Made by a program: the position numbers and the translations under genes. A stretch of 49,372 bases of DNA from Escherichia phage Eco_BIFF. Under the pieces are notes generated by a model, which saw only the letters and a list, made by a program, of their open reading frames with translations, had not been told where the DNA came from and did not search any database. Shown here in pieces: positions 9,932 through 20,491 of this stretch (positions are counted from its first letter, which is position 1; every line of letters starts with the position of its first letter). The stretch is from sequence record MH285980; one strand, written 5' to 3'.

Positions 9932-10248
9932 AAAGGGCGGTTTATCTGTTATATCAGAAACCGCCGACAGAAGAGCAGTTGCGATCGGTTGGTCTAAGTC
10001 TTTCTGACTATGAAGACGAGGAACCGGAAACGATAATCGGCGATGCTGAAATGGTGAAGGCGTGGAATGTTTTTACGTCAATGCTCACTCAGTGGAGAAG
10101 TTCAGGCGCTGGAGCTTATGGTCTTGACTATAATGTTTTGCCTATGTTGTTCAAAATCTATAAAATAGAAGATGAAGAACTGGCATTGCAGGACGTTAGG
10201 ATCATGGAAGCGAAAGCGCTTGAAATGATTGCTAAGCAAAACAACTAA
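9614..10248 (+). CDS. tail assembly chaperone frameshift product (G-T-like), predicted -1 slip at 9922..9928
   Basis: Zero-frame codons gcA AAA AAC give heptamer A_AAA_AAC; -1 frame is open from 9928 to stop at 10248; downstream stem GGCGGTTT...AAACCGCC. Confidence 0.55.
9922..9928 (+). promoter_or_regulatory. -1 programmed frameshift slippery heptamer A_AAA_AAC (G to G-T)
   Basis: Heptamer in correct phase (gcA AAA AAC) 3 nt before the G stop; -1 frame open to 10248. Confidence 0.55.
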
Positions 10249-10269
10249 GCCGCCGTTTGGCGGTTTTTT
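10249..10269 (+). terminator. terminator-like hairpin between G-T and tape measure
   Basis: CCGCC-gttt-GGCGG then T6. Confidence 0.45.
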
Positions 10270-10286
10270 CGTATATAGGGGGTTAT

Positions 10287-13160
10287 ATGGTTGATAAGGT
10301 AGCAGGTCTGTCGCTTGACGTTGATGTGTCAACAGTGCAGCGCGCCGTCAAGTCGCTGAAAGAGTTTTCAAAGGCCAACGACCAGGCCGCTGATTCTATG
10401 GGTTCTTTAATCAATGAGTCAGAGGTTGCAAAACAGAAGGCCAAAGAACACGCCGAACAACTCAAGCGCCAGAGAAAAGAGTATGAGGCCGTGGAGAAGG
10501 CAATCGATCCTACAGTATCAAAAATGGAAAGGTTGAAGATTGCATCTCAGCAACTTGATAAACTCTGGCAGCAGGGAGTCGTTCCAGATGAGACATTTTT
10601 CCGTTTGGGTGAAATGCTGGATCTGCAAAACGCAAAACTTGCTCGCAGCCGGGCTATGCTTACGGAAGAAGGTCAGGCGGCATTGCAGGAAGCGAAAGCA
10701 AAAGAGCAGGCGGCAGCACGAAGCAAGGCGTTCATGGATGCCCTGAATGGTCAAGTTAACGCGATCGGCAAGACTCATGCTGAATTGATGGAACTGAAAG
10801 CGGCTGAGCTTGGTTTATCGAAAGAAGCAGCACCACTAATCGCAAAACTTAAAGATCAAGGCCGGGCTATGAATGCAGCAGGTATTAGCGCCGGGGAATA
10901 CAGACAGGCAATGAGAATGCTTCCTGCGCAGATCACAGATGTCGTTACATCTCTTGCATCCGGTATGCCAGTATGGATGGTTGCTATCCAGCAGGGCGGT
11001 CAGATTAAGGATTCGTTCGGCGGGATCGGTAACACGTTTAAAGTGTTGCTGAGTTATATTAATCCGGTCACGGCAGGTGTTGGCGTTCTTGTTGGTTCGT
11101 TAGGTCTTCTGGCGAAAGCTGGTTATGACTCTTACAAGTCAATAACTGATATTCAGAATGCGCTTATTGAGACTGGAGGTTATGCAGGTGTTACGGCTGA
11201 AGATCTTGATTCAGTGTCTAAAAAGATCGCGCAGACAAGCAACTCAACCATTGGGAGTATTCGCGAGATTGTAACGGAGTTGGCGAGTTCTGGTAAGTAC
11301 ACCCGCGAGCAGATCCAGAACATCACTAAGGCGACGGCAGAGTGGTCGGCAGCAACTGGAAAATCAGCAAGCCAAATCATTGCTGAGTTCGACAAAATCG
11401 CAAGCGATCCGGTCAAAGGTCTGGAGAAGTTAAACGAACAATATAACTTCCTTGAAAAAGGTCAACTGACCTATATCGACACGTTAAGCCGGACGAAGGG
11501 TGAAACCGAAGCAGTATCTGAAGCAACGAAATTATTCGCCGACGTAATGGAAAAGCGAATGAAGTCGATCGCGGATAACTCCACACCCCTGGAAAAAATG
11601 TGGAGCGATATTAAACAATGGGCTTCGGACGCGTGGGGATGGGTTGGTGATCATACACTTGGGGCGCTAAACCTGATTATCGACGTTGTTCAGGGCACAG
11701 TGATTCAAGTTAAAATGATTCTTGCGAAGGGTGATGAGTACATCTCAAACTTTATCGCCTCAGCCATAAAGGCAACTCAGTCACTGCCTGGAATGAGTGA
11801 CTTCGGCGCTGATGTACTGAAGGAGCAGGAGAATATTGTAAAAAGTTCTCGCGACAACTACGATCAGTTGGCTTCAGAGCTTGATGCTATTAACGCTCGC
11901 GTAGAAAAAGGCGAGATGGGATACGTTGAAGCGATGAAGCAGCGTCGCACTCTTGAAAAGCAGTACAGCGAGGAAACTAAGGAAGCAATAAGGAAAGAAG
12001 CAGAAGAGATCGAGAAGCGAAACCGAGAACGAAATAAGCAGTCGAAAATTGTACGCTCACCGACAGAGCAATTCGACAAGGAGTTAATTTCACTCAAGGC
12101 TCAACTTAAGGTATTGCAGGAGCACAAGGAGATCGGGCAAAAACTTTCCGCACAGAGAAAGGCGTTGTTTACTACCGAGGCTACGATCGCGGTTCTTCGC
12201 GAGGCTAGTTCAAAACGTCAATTATCTGCGGAAGAAAAAGCATTACTGGCAAGTCAGGAGAAAGTTATCGAGCTTGCCAAACAGAAGGCTGAGATTGGAG
12301 ATCAGATTGTTAAGCAACAGCAATTGAACGCACTTACCGACAAGTCACTGAAGTTTGTCAATGAGATGACGGCGGCGACGGAACAGCTTAACGCGTCACG
12401 CGGTCTTAGCACGCGCGAAATGGAACGACAAGCGGAACTGGCTAAAATAACCACTGATTACATCAACTCTGGAGGTAGTGAGGGAGACGAAAAACTCCAG
12501 AACATGATTAAGGCGCAAAATGATTACTACGCTGCGGAAGATGCCAAACGCGCTGACTGGTTGGCTGGCGCTGAAAGCGCATTCGCTGATTACGGCGACT
12601 CTGCAATGGATATGTACGGAAACGTTAATGAGATCGCATCAAGTGCTCTAAACGGTATGACGGACATGATGGTTCAGTTCCTCACTACCGGGAAAGCAAA
12701 CTTTGCTGACTTTGCTAAAAATATCATCAGCATGATTATAAAGATGATTGCTCAAATGGTAATCTTCAATACGATCTCAGGAATGATGGGCGGTAAGACG
12801 TGGAGCTTTGCTGGAGGGGCTTCGTCTGGTGCTTCTGCGGCATCACAGGCAACCCCTGCGCCTGCTGCTTCTGTTTTTAGATCTGTATCTTCCGGCGGGG
12901 CCGCTGTATCACTTGCTGCCGCAGCGGGTAGCGTGGCAACATCTGGATTCAACGCATCAAACTCGGCTCCAAAGGTGGTAAACCATTCAGGAGGTGGAAC
13001 GGTCGTTGACGTTAGTGGAATGGAGGTTAGAGTTGACAACGGCTCAGATCCGAGGGGGATTTCTCAGGGTGTAGAAATGATGTTCAAAAAAATGATTCGT
13101 GAGTCTTGCTCGCAGGGTGGCGAGGTTTATAATTACATTCAGGAAAAAACAGGAGGTTAA
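10287..13160 (+). CDS. tail tape measure protein
   Basis: 958 aa, long coiled-coil regions, Gly/Ala/Ser-rich C-terminal segment; RBS TAGGGGG before ATG 10287; conserved position. Confidence 0.85.
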   Translation: MVDKVAGLSLDVDVSTVQRAVKSLKEFSKANDQAADSMGSLINESEVAKQKAKEHAEQLKRQRKEYEAVEKAIDPTVSKMERLKIASQQLDKLWQQGVVPDETFFRLGEMLDLQNAKLARSRAMLTEEGQAALQEAKAKEQAAARSKAFMDALNGQVNAIGKTHAELMELKAAELGLSKEAAPLIAKLKDQGRAMNAAGISAGEYRQAMRMLPAQITDVVTSLASGMPVWMVAIQQGGQIKDSFGGIGNTFKVLLSYINPVTAGVGVLVGSLGLLAKAGYDSYKSITDIQNALIETGGYAGVTAEDLDSVSKKIAQTSNSTIGSIREIVTELASSGKYTREQIQNITKATAEWSAATGKSASQIIAEFDKIASDPVKGLEKLNEQYNFLEKGQLTYIDTLSRTKGETEAVSEATKLFADVMEKRMKSIADNSTPLEKMWSDIKQWASDAWGWVGDHTLGALNLIIDVVQGTVIQVKMILAKGDEYISNFIASAIKATQSLPGMSDFGADVLKEQENIVKSSRDNYDQLASELDAINARVEKGEMGYVEAMKQRRTLEKQYSEETKEAIRKEAEEIEKRNRERNKQSKIVRSPTEQFDKELISLKAQLKVLQEHKEIGQKLSAQRKALFTTEATIAVLREASSKRQLSAEEKALLASQEKVIELAKQKAEIGDQIVKQQQLNALTDKSLKFVNEMTAATEQLNASRGLSTREMERQAELAKITTDYINSGGSEGDEKLQNMIKAQNDYYAAEDAKRADWLAGAESAFADYGDSAMDMYGNVNEIASSALNGMTDMMVQFLTTGKANFADFAKNIISMIIKMIAQMVIFNTISGMMGGKTWSFAGGASSGASAASQATPAPAASVFRSVSSGGAAVSLAAAAGSVATSGFNASNSAPKVVNHSGGGTVVDVSGMEVRVDNGSDPRGISQGVEMMFKKMIRESCSQGGEVYNYIQEKTGG

Positions 13161-13162
13161 TA

Positions 13163-13516
13163 ATGGCGACACTTGACACTTTTGGTTGGTGTACGCAGGT
13201 TCAAGGGGGCGGCGGCTCCCTTACCACTACCAACAATGACCGCTCAATCCAGTTTGGTAACGGCTACATGCAGCTTGCATCGTCTGGATTTAACACCACT
13301 CGACGCGAGTATTCAGTTGTCTATGCCGGGGAAGATTTCATTGCTGTTTACGACTTCTGTGACTCTCACCGCATTAAGCCGTTCGCATGGACGCCGCCGG
13401 ACGGTAAGATCGGGATATGGGTAGTAAAGCCTAACAGTTTGGGAGCGAAGCCAGTATCACGCGACGTGATGGAGATTAACGTCACGTTTATGGAGCAATT
13501 TACATCTATGGAGTAA
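13163..13516 (+). CDS. tail tip protein (lambda M-like)
   Basis: 117 aa directly after tape measure; size and position as lambda gpM. Confidence 0.65.
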   Translation: MATLDTFGWCTQVQGGGGSLTTTNNDRSIQFGNGYMQLASSGFNTTRREYSVVYAGEDFIAVYDFCDSHRIKPFAWTPPDGKIGIWVVKPNSLGAKPVSRDVMEINVTFMEQFTSME

Positions 13517-13530
13517 CGCCATATAACAAA

Positions 13531-13554
13531 AGCCCGCCTTGCGCGGGTTTTTTT
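13531..13554 (+). terminator. intrinsic terminator followed by CTGTAGAAT -10-like box
   Basis: CCCGCCTTGCGCGGG then T7; same hairpin repeated at 15712. Confidence 0.6.
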
Positions 13555-13595
13555 GTAGCTGTAGAATGGTTGCAGGTAAACAAGAGGAAAAATCA

Positions 13596-14378
13596 ATGAG
13601 CGAAAACAAAAAACTTTATGATGAAGAAAGCGGAAAGAGCCTGTTTCACAACTGCCTTCAATCACTATATCCGGGAGAGATAATCACTCTCATCGAAGTT
13701 GATGGTAGTAAGTTCGGCGCTCAGGTGTACCGATTCCACGGTGAGAATATCCAGTACACTCCAGAAGAAATCATGCAGGCCCAGCAAACTGGAACGCTAC
13801 CGCCGAAGGAAATTACATTCCGTGGCGAGAAATACGGGGCGCGACCGTTCGGTATATCCGGGATCTCGTTTGACAGTTCCGGAAAGGCAACAAAACCACA
13901 ATTAACGGTGGCAAACATTGATAGTCGAGTATCTGCGATGATTCGTGCATATAACGGACTAATGCAAGCTAAGGTGACTATCTGGATAACTCAGCGTGAG
14001 CTTATTAACTCCGATGGCTCAATCGCTGATGGAGCTTACCGTAAACTGGTATACTATATCGAGCGTCCGAACTATGTTGATAAAAGCGTTGCGCGGTTCG
14101 ATCTCACATCACCTTACGATATGGACGGCATCATGATCCCGTCTCGATTCACACAAAGCGTATGCTATTGGGCGCAAAGGGGGTGGTATAAAACAGGGAA
14201 AGGCTGCGGATACAACGGGCAAAATGGTTATTTTGACAAAGACAATAATCCGGTAGACGATCCTTCGCTGGATTTTTGCCCGGGAACGGTAACGGCCTGC
14301 CGCCTGAGATTCGGCGCAAACAATGAACTGGATTTTGGCGGATGCGCGGTTGCTTCACTACAGAGGAAAAATCAATGA
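13596..14378 (+). CDS. tail tip protein (lambda L-like) with C-terminal Cys cluster
   Basis: RBS AAGAGGAAA before ATG 13596; C-terminal cysteines (FCPGTVTACRL...GGCAV) as in the gpL Fe-S region. Confidence 0.7.
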   Translation: MSENKKLYDEESGKSLFHNCLQSLYPGEIITLIEVDGSKFGAQVYRFHGENIQYTPEEIMQAQQTGTLPPKEITFRGEKYGARPFGISGISFDSSGKATKPQLTVANIDSRVSAMIRAYNGLMQAKVTIWITQRELINSDGSIADGAYRKLVYYIERPNYVDKSVARFDLTSPYDMDGIMIPSRFTQSVCYWAQRGWYKTGKGCGYNGQNGYFDKDNNPVDDPSLDFCPGTVTACRLRFGANNELDFGGCAVASLQRKNQ

Positions 14379-15109
14379 TTAGTGCAAAAATTAAACTTGA
14401 AATTATGACTCACGCTCAAGAAGAGTATCCCCGCGAATGCTGTGGGGTAGTTACCCAAAAGGGACGAGTGCAAAAATACCATAGAGTCGATAATGTTCAT
14501 CGCGATCCTGAAAATCACTTCATGATGGACGCAGTGCAATACGCATGTATTGAGGACGACGCAGACTCAACCACGATTGCGATCGTTCACAGCCACACAG
14601 GAGATGGGGCTACAACGCTACCAAGCGCTCACGATACGTGCATGTGCAATGAGATGGAAGTGACTTGGATTATTGTTAGCGTACCGGAAGGAGATATGCG
14701 ATTTGTGAAGCCGGAGAAATTACCTCTGATTGGTCGTCCGTGGTCATTAGGATCATTCGACTGTTACGGTCTTGTTATGGCGTGGCACAAAGAGCACGGC
14801 GTAGAATTACGCGATCGACGATTGAATTTTGAATGGTGGAAACCTGAGTATGGAATTAATCTCTATCAGGATTATTACAAGCAAGATGGCTTCGTTGAGA
14901 TTCCAGATCAGAATAATCCGTCATTAGGTGATATGGTAATCATGCAGATAGGGCAAAACGTTCCGGTATGGAACCACGCAGGGATTTACCTCGGTGATAA
15001 TCAGATCTTGCATCACGCCTTCGGTAAGCTGTCGCGACGTGATATCTATTCCGGCTGGTATCAGGATCACACTGTTTTAATTGTTCGCCATAAGGATCTC
15101 AAACTATGA
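14375..15109 (+). CDS. tail tip assembly protein (lambda K-like; JAB/MPN + NlpC/P60)
   Basis: JAMM-like HSHTGDGA...SAHD motif then Cys/His hydrolase region; ATG overlaps upstream stop (ATGA). Confidence 0.7.
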   Translation: MISAKIKLEIMTHAQEEYPRECCGVVTQKGRVQKYHRVDNVHRDPENHFMMDAVQYACIEDDADSTTIAIVHSHTGDGATTLPSAHDTCMCNEMEVTWIIVSVPEGDMRFVKPEKLPLIGRPWSLGSFDCYGLVMAWHKEHGVELRDRRLNFEWWKPEYGINLYQDYYKQDGFVEIPDQNNPSLGDMVIMQIGQNVPVWNHAGIYLGDNQILHHAFGKLSRRDIYSGWYQDHTVLIVRHKDLKL

Positions 15110-15705
15110 ATGATGTAAAATTAATCAAACTATCCGGTTCGCTTGGGAGACGCTTCGGCGTCTTTCACAGATTCGCTGTTGACTCTTACCCGGAAGCTAT
15201 CCGGGCGCTATCCAGTCAGGTAGATGGATTTAAAGAATACATGCAAAGCGAGATAGGATCTCGTAGCAAGTTTGCAATATTTGTGGATGGCGTTAACGTG
15301 GGACACCATGAAGAGGAAAAATTCAAGTGCGCGAAAGAGATAAGAATCGTACCGATCCCTACTGGCTCTAAGACAGGAGGTCTATTCCAGGTTGTATTGG
15401 GCGCGGCAATAATGGTTGCAGCATTCTATACTGGCGGCGCGTCTCTAGCTTTAATGGGAACAATGTCCTCGTCTCTGTTTATGATGGGCGGCGCTATGGT
15501 GCTGGGCGGCGTGATGCAGATGATTTCACCGCAGCCGGGTGGCGCAAACTTTGAAGTTCAATCAAGCAAGAATAAACCTTCGTACGCGTTCGGCGGTGCT
15601 GTCAATACGACGGCGGCGGGATACCCTCTCCCGGTCCCGTATGGATATCGCGCCGGAGGTGGCGCAACTTTCTCAGCAGGTTCTTATGCCGAGGATATGA
15701 GTTAA
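15106..15705 (+). CDS. tail assembly protein (lambda I-like)
   Basis: 199 aa with Gly/Ala-rich hydrophobic C-terminal half; position between K-like and J-like genes. Confidence 0.6.
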   Translation: MNDVKLIKLSGSLGRRFGVFHRFAVDSYPEAIRALSSQVDGFKEYMQSEIGSRSKFAIFVDGVNVGHHEEEKFKCAKEIRIVPIPTGSKTGGLFQVVLGAAIMVAAFYTGGASLALMGTMSSSLFMMGGAMVLGGVMQMISPQPGGANFEVQSSKNKPSYAFGGAVNTTAAGYPLPVPYGYRAGGGATFSAGSYAEDMS

Positions 15706-15711
15706 AATTAA

Positions 15712-15734
15712 CCCGCCTTGCGCGGGTTTTTTTT
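15712..15734 (+). terminator. intrinsic terminator followed by CTGTATAAT -10-like box
   Basis: CCCGCCTTGCGCGGG then T8. Confidence 0.6.
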
Positions 15735-15782
15735 CGCCTGTATAATGAGTCCACCGATAAATAGCACAAAAAGGTAAACATC

Positions 15783-18700
15783 ATGATTCAAAAAGTGATA
15801 AGCGGATCTAAAGGTGGGTCACAGAAGCCTCATAACCCGGTTGAGATGGAGGACAATCTAATCTCAATCAACAAAATCAAGATCCTGTTAGCTGTATCTG
15901 ATGGTGAAATTGACGAAACATTCAGCCTAAAGCAGTTGATGTTTAACTCAGTCCCGGTGCAAAACGAGGATGGATCGTTCAACTTCGAAGGGGTAAAGGC
16001 TGAATTCAGGCCGGGAACTCAGACGCAGGAATACATCAAGGGAATGGAAGATAGCTCTAGTGAGGTAACTGTAAATCGTGAGGTTACTACCGATAACCCA
16101 TACACGATCTCAGTAACCAACAAAACGCTGTCGGCAATCCGTATCAAAATGTTCATGCCTCGCGGCGTACGAATTGAAAGTAACGGTGATAAAAATGGCG
16201 TTCGAGTTGAGTACGAGGTGCAGCAAGCGGTTGATGGCGGTTCGTTTGAGACTGTTCTTACTGACGTAATCGAAGGTAAAACAATGTCAGGTTATGATCG
16301 AAGCCGTCGCGTAAACCTGCCTAACTTCAACAATCAGGTAATATTCAGAGTTGTTCGAAAGACGCCTGATTCCAATGACTCGAATGTCGTTGATGCAATC
16401 CAGGTAAGAAGCTATGCTGAGGTCATTGATGCCAAGTTCCGATATCCTCTGACTGGTCTTCTTTTCGTAGAGTTCGATTCGAAGATGTTCCCCAACCAGT
16501 TACCTACGATCTCAATTCGTAAGCGCTGGAAGATTGTAAACGTTCCGTCGAACTACGATCCAGAATCGCGAACATACAACGGCAATTGGGATGGCACTTT
16601 CAAAAAAGCATGGACTAATAATCCGGCATGGGTTCTTTATGACCTGATGATTAATCAGCGTTATGGTCTGGATCAGAAAGAGCTTGGAATCTCCGTAGAC
16701 AAATGGGCGCTCTATGAGGCGGCGCAATATTGCGACCAGATGGTCCCTGACGGCAAAGGCGGCACGGAACCTCGCTACCTTTGTGACGTGATAATCCAGT
16801 CTCAGACTGATGCGTACAAGGTGGTTCGAGATATTTGCTCAATCTTCCGTGGAATGAGTTTTTGGAATGGTGAAAGCATTTCTGTAATCATCGACAGGCC
16901 GCGTGAACCTGCGTACATCTTCACTAACGACAACGTAGTTAATGGTGACTTCTCATATACTTTCGCAAGCGAGAAGAGCATGTACACGACGTGCAACGTG
17001 ATGTTTGATGATGAGCAAAACATGTATCAACAGGACGTTGAGCCAGTATTCGATCGTGAGGCCACTCTACGGTTCGGGAACAACGTAACGAGCATTACAG
17101 CGATCGGGTGCACACGTCGAAGCGAGGCCAACCGACGCGGGAGATGGATTCTGAAAACCAACCTCCGCAGCACTACGGTAAACTTCGCTACCGGACTGGA
17201 AGGGATGATTCCGACAATCGGAGACGTGGTGGCAATATCTGATAACTTCTGGTCAAGTAACTTGACGATGAACCTGTCAGGGCGATTGCTCGAAGTGTCA
17301 GGTAGTCAGATTTTCCTGCCGTTCCGCGTTGATGCGCGCGCAGGTGACTTTATTATCGTAAATAAGCCAGATGGCAAGCCCGTGAAGCGCACAATCTCAA
17401 GTGTTAGTGCGGATGGTAAGACCATAGAGATTAACATCGGCTTTGGCTTTCCTGTGAAGCCTAACACGGTATTCGCAATCGACCGCACCGACCTTGCGTT
17501 GCAGCAGTACGTAGTTACAAAAATCGACAAGGGCGATGATGATGAGGAATTTACCTACAAAATCACGGCGGTGGAGTACGATCCTAATAAGTACGATGAA
17601 ATTGATTACGGGGTTAACATCGACGACCGACCGACAAGCATCGTTGAGCCAGATCAGATCCCTAAGCCTGAAAACGTGAAAGTGTCCTCAGAGTCGAGAA
17701 TCGTCCAGGGGATGAGCGTAGAAACGATGATTGTTAGCTGGGATAAAGTGCCGTACGCAGTTTTCTATGACGTACAGTGGAGAAAGGATAACGGCAACTG
17801 GCAAAACGTTCCGCAGACAGCAAACAAAGAGGTTTATGTTGAAGGGATTTACGCTGGCAACTATCAGGTTCGCGTGCGCTCCGTCGCTGGTTCGGGCACG
17901 ACTTCAGGCTGGTCAAATATCGTCGCGGCAACGTTGACGGGTAAACAGGGTGAACCGGGCCGACCGATTAACCTCACAGCTACGGATGATGTTGTTTTTG
18001 GTATCCGTACAAAATGGGGGTTCTCTGATGGTTCTGGAGATACAGCCTATACAGAGTTGCAACAGTCACCGGATGGAACAGTGGATAACGCAAGTTTGCT
18101 TTCATTGATTCCGTATCCGCAGCATGAGTATTATCACTCACCGATGCCGGGAGGTAATATTGTGTGGTATCGGGTAAGGACGGTTGACAGGATCGGTAAC
18201 GTATCTCAGTGGACTGATTTTGTCAGAGGCATGGCATCAACAAACGTTGACGATATCATCGGGGAGATTTCTGTCGATATCGAAAACTCGCCGGGTTACG
18301 AGTGGCTTGTTGATAACGCAACCGACAACGCGTCGCAGAACGCAGCTAATGCAGAGGCAGCAATTGAGAACGCACTAGCTAATGACAAAGACGCGATCTA
18401 CATGAAGAAGGAGAACGGAAAACGAAAAGCAGAGTACACCAAATCACTGAAGCTAATTGCTGATGAGACTGAGGCGCGAGTAACAGCAGTTGAGCAGTTA
18501 AGGGCAAGTTTTGGTGATCAGATTAGCGCAAGCAATAGCGAATTGCGTGAAGTTATCGCAACTGAAACCGGAGCGCTATCGCGTGAAATTGACCAACTCA
18601 AGGCAGAGATTGGTGATGATATTCAGGCAAGTTTGACTGATATCAGAGAGGCTATAGCAAACGAGACTGAGGCGAGAACGCAAGCTGACTTGTCATTAAG

Positions 18701-19202
18701 CGCGAGGCTTGGGAATAATGAGGCAGCACTTTCTCAAAAACTTGATTCGTGGAGCAATGCGGATTCGACTGGTGCAATGTACGGCGTCAAGCTGGGTCTG
18801 AAGTATAACGGCCAAGAATACAGTGCCGGTATGGCTATGTCTCTGATTGGTTCAGGCGCAGCAGTTAAGGCGCAGATTTTGTTTGAGGCATCACGATTTG
18901 CAATAATGACAGGGATGAATGGTCAGACTCAGTACCCATTCGTTGTTGAGAATGGCCAAGTTATTCTAAGTAGCGCGATCATAAAGGATGGATTTATTAC
19001 TAACGCAATGATTGGTAACGCGATTCAGTCGAATAACTATGTATTTAACCAGTCCGGATGGAGGCTTGACAAGGGTGGAACATTAGAAAACTACGGAAGT
19101 GACGTTGAGGGTGCAATGAAGCAAACTAATACCACAATATCTGTTAGGGATGCGAGTGGTCGCCTGAGGGTTCAGATTGGCAGGTTGACTGGTTCATGGT
19201 AA
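15783..19202 (+). CDS. central tail fibre / host specificity protein (lambda J-like)
   Basis: 1139 aa; position after M-L-K-I; followed by terminator 19208..19235. Confidence 0.8.
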   Translation: MIQKVISGSKGGSQKPHNPVEMEDNLISINKIKILLAVSDGEIDETFSLKQLMFNSVPVQNEDGSFNFEGVKAEFRPGTQTQEYIKGMEDSSSEVTVNREVTTDNPYTISVTNKTLSAIRIKMFMPRGVRIESNGDKNGVRVEYEVQQAVDGGSFETVLTDVIEGKTMSGYDRSRRVNLPNFNNQVIFRVVRKTPDSNDSNVVDAIQVRSYAEVIDAKFRYPLTGLLFVEFDSKMFPNQLPTISIRKRWKIVNVPSNYDPESRTYNGNWDGTFKKAWTNNPAWVLYDLMINQRYGLDQKELGISVDKWALYEAAQYCDQMVPDGKGGTEPRYLCDVIIQSQTDAYKVVRDICSIFRGMSFWNGESISVIIDRPREPAYIFTNDNVVNGDFSYTFASEKSMYTTCNVMFDDEQNMYQQDVEPVFDREATLRFGNNVTSITAIGCTRRSEANRRGRWILKTNLRSTTVNFATGLEGMIPTIGDVVAISDNFWSSNLTMNLSGRLLEVSGSQIFLPFRVDARAGDFIIVNKPDGKPVKRTISSVSADGKTIEINIGFGFPVKPNTVFAIDRTDLALQQYVVTKIDKGDDDEEFTYKITAVEYDPNKYDEIDYGVNIDDRPTSIVEPDQIPKPENVKVSSESRIVQGMSVETMIVSWDKVPYAVFYDVQWRKDNGNWQNVPQTANKEVYVEGIYAGNYQVRVRSVAGSGTTSGWSNIVAATLTGKQGEPGRPINLTATDDVVFGIRTKWGFSDGSGDTAYTELQQSPDGTVDNASLLSLIPYPQHEYYHSPMPGGNIVWYRVRTVDRIGNVSQWTDFVRGMASTNVDDIIGEISVDIENSPGYEWLVDNATDNASQNAANAEAAIENALANDKDAIYMKKENGKRKAEYTKSLKLIADETEARVTAVEQLRASFGDQISASNSELREVIATETGALSREIDQLKAEIGDDIQASLTDIREAIANETEARTQADLSLSARLGNNEAALSQKLDSWSNADSTGAMYGVKLGLKYNGQEYSAGMAMSLIGSGAAVKAQILFEASRFAIMTGMNGQTQYPFVVENGQVILSSAIIKDGFITNAMIGNAIQSNNYVFNQSGWRLDKGGTLENYGSDVEGAMKQTNTTISVRDASGRLRVQIGRLTGSW

Positions 19203-19207
19203 TATCA

Positions 19208-19235
19208 AGGGCATCGAGAGATGCCCTTTTCTTTT
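19208..19235 (+). terminator. intrinsic terminator after J-like gene
   Basis: AGGGCATC-gaga-GATGCCCT then TTTTCTTTT. Confidence 0.6.
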
Positions 19236-19247
19236 GGAGGATTTATT

Positions 19248-19553
19248 ATGGCGTACGGTATATCAACTTGGGACGCAAATGGCGTTTATAATAACTATGG
19301 AATTAAGCCTGTCACGGTTGTTGGTTGGAACTTTTTGTCAGCAGGCCAGAATTCAGCATCTTTCAGCTATCAAGTGCCTCCTGGCATGCATGTGAACTAC
19401 GTTATAAGCCTTGACGATGGCGCCATTAGTGGGCCTGGCAGGAAAATTATTGCTAGCGGTAATACGATAACAGTAACGCCAGCAAACTCACCTGGGCCAA
19501 ACGTGCACCCATCATCAAACTGTTACTTAATAGCATATCTGGAGAATGATTAA
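19248..19553 (+). CDS. hypothetical tail-associated protein
   Basis: RBS TTGGAGG before ATG 19248; downstream of J-like gene. Confidence 0.35.
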   Translation: MAYGISTWDANGVYNNYGIKPVTVVGWNFLSAGQNSASFSYQVPPGMHVNYVISLDDGAISGPGRKIIASGNTITVTPANSPGPNVHPSSNCYLIAYLEND

Positions 19554-20242
19554 TGTCATACGGTGCTTTTATAGATGTAAACGGAAACCCATTCATAACC
19601 CCGTTATCCACGCCATTCGCCTTATATACGAGAGGGGAAATTCAATCAGTAAATGTTAGTGGTTCACAGGTTGCGGAGAGATATGTTCGGATACCTACAG
19701 GTGTTCCGGTTATAGCTTTTTGCAAAACAACAAACACGCAGCAGGGGACCGCGCTTTCAGCCTTTACTTTCAGAAGCGGACCCAATGTTGGAACTGTTTA
19801 TATAAGGGGGACAAATCCAGCAAACCAATCATACACGCTAACATACTACATATTTGCCATATTTGAGCAGTCACTACCGAGCTGGGGTATGGCAATATGG
19901 GATTCGTCAGGAAAGCTAGTGCTGACAAATGAGACAAAAGTCCTTAGTGATTTGGTTACAATCGGAACTCCTGGATACTCTGGCGGTGGATTAAAAATAG
20001 ACACAACACTCAGCGGAAGCTACGCAGTTGTCCCAACTATACTTGGCAACTATCAAGTTGTTATTGGCAGGATGCCAACTGGGCAACCCATAATAGGAAA
20101 CTCAACAGCAGGCAGCTCATGCAGGTACAACGGGAGCGCAACTAGGATAAATGCAGCAGCAACCACAGCGGCAGGTCAGATAATGAACACCACGAATAAT
20201 GGAAATATCATAACAGCAATCAACACAGCAGCGTATGACTAA
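19553..20242 (+). CDS. putative distal tail / receptor-binding protein
   Basis: 229-aa Thr/Gly/Asn-rich ORF, last gene of tail operon before bidirectional terminator; function inferred from position. Confidence 0.3.
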   Translation: MSYGAFIDVNGNPFITPLSTPFALYTRGEIQSVNVSGSQVAERYVRIPTGVPVIAFCKTTNTQQGTALSAFTFRSGPNVGTVYIRGTNPANQSYTLTYYIFAIFEQSLPSWGMAIWDSSGKLVLTNETKVLSDLVTIGTPGYSGGGLKIDTTLSGSYAVVPTILGNYQVVIGRMPTGQPIIGNSTAGSSCRYNGSATRINAAATTAAGQIMNTTNNGNIITAINTAAYD

Positions 20243-20265
20243 GCACCTTGCGGTGCTTTTCTTTT
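20242..20265. terminator. terminator hairpin between convergent tail operon and cor-like gene
   Basis: AGCACC-ttgc-GGTGCT then TTTTCTTTT on plus strand. Confidence 0.55.
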
Positions 20266-20491
20266 ATATCGAGCAATCGTGAGACTTGAAGTTTTTCTCT
20301 GATACGTAGTTGAAGGAGAATGGGTATCCAGCACGCAATAGCATCTCCTCTCCGCGCATCTTAGATCCAAAAACGTAAACCGAGTACTCTGCGCCTCCTG
20401 ATTCATAAATTGCCGTACAAGTGCTCTCAGGCATCGATGAGCAACCAGTCAGGATGAATGCAGCGGCAATAATGGTGATTAATTTTTTCAT
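20264..20491 (-). CDS. Cor/Llp-like superinfection-exclusion lipoprotein
   Basis: 75 aa; signal peptide with lipobox LTGC then small Cys-containing domain; divergent from AT-rich control region. Confidence 0.55.
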   Translation of the reverse strand: MKKLITIIAAAFILTGCSSMPESTCTAIYESGGAEYSVYVFGSKMRGEEMLLRAGYPFSFNYVSEKNFKSHDCSI

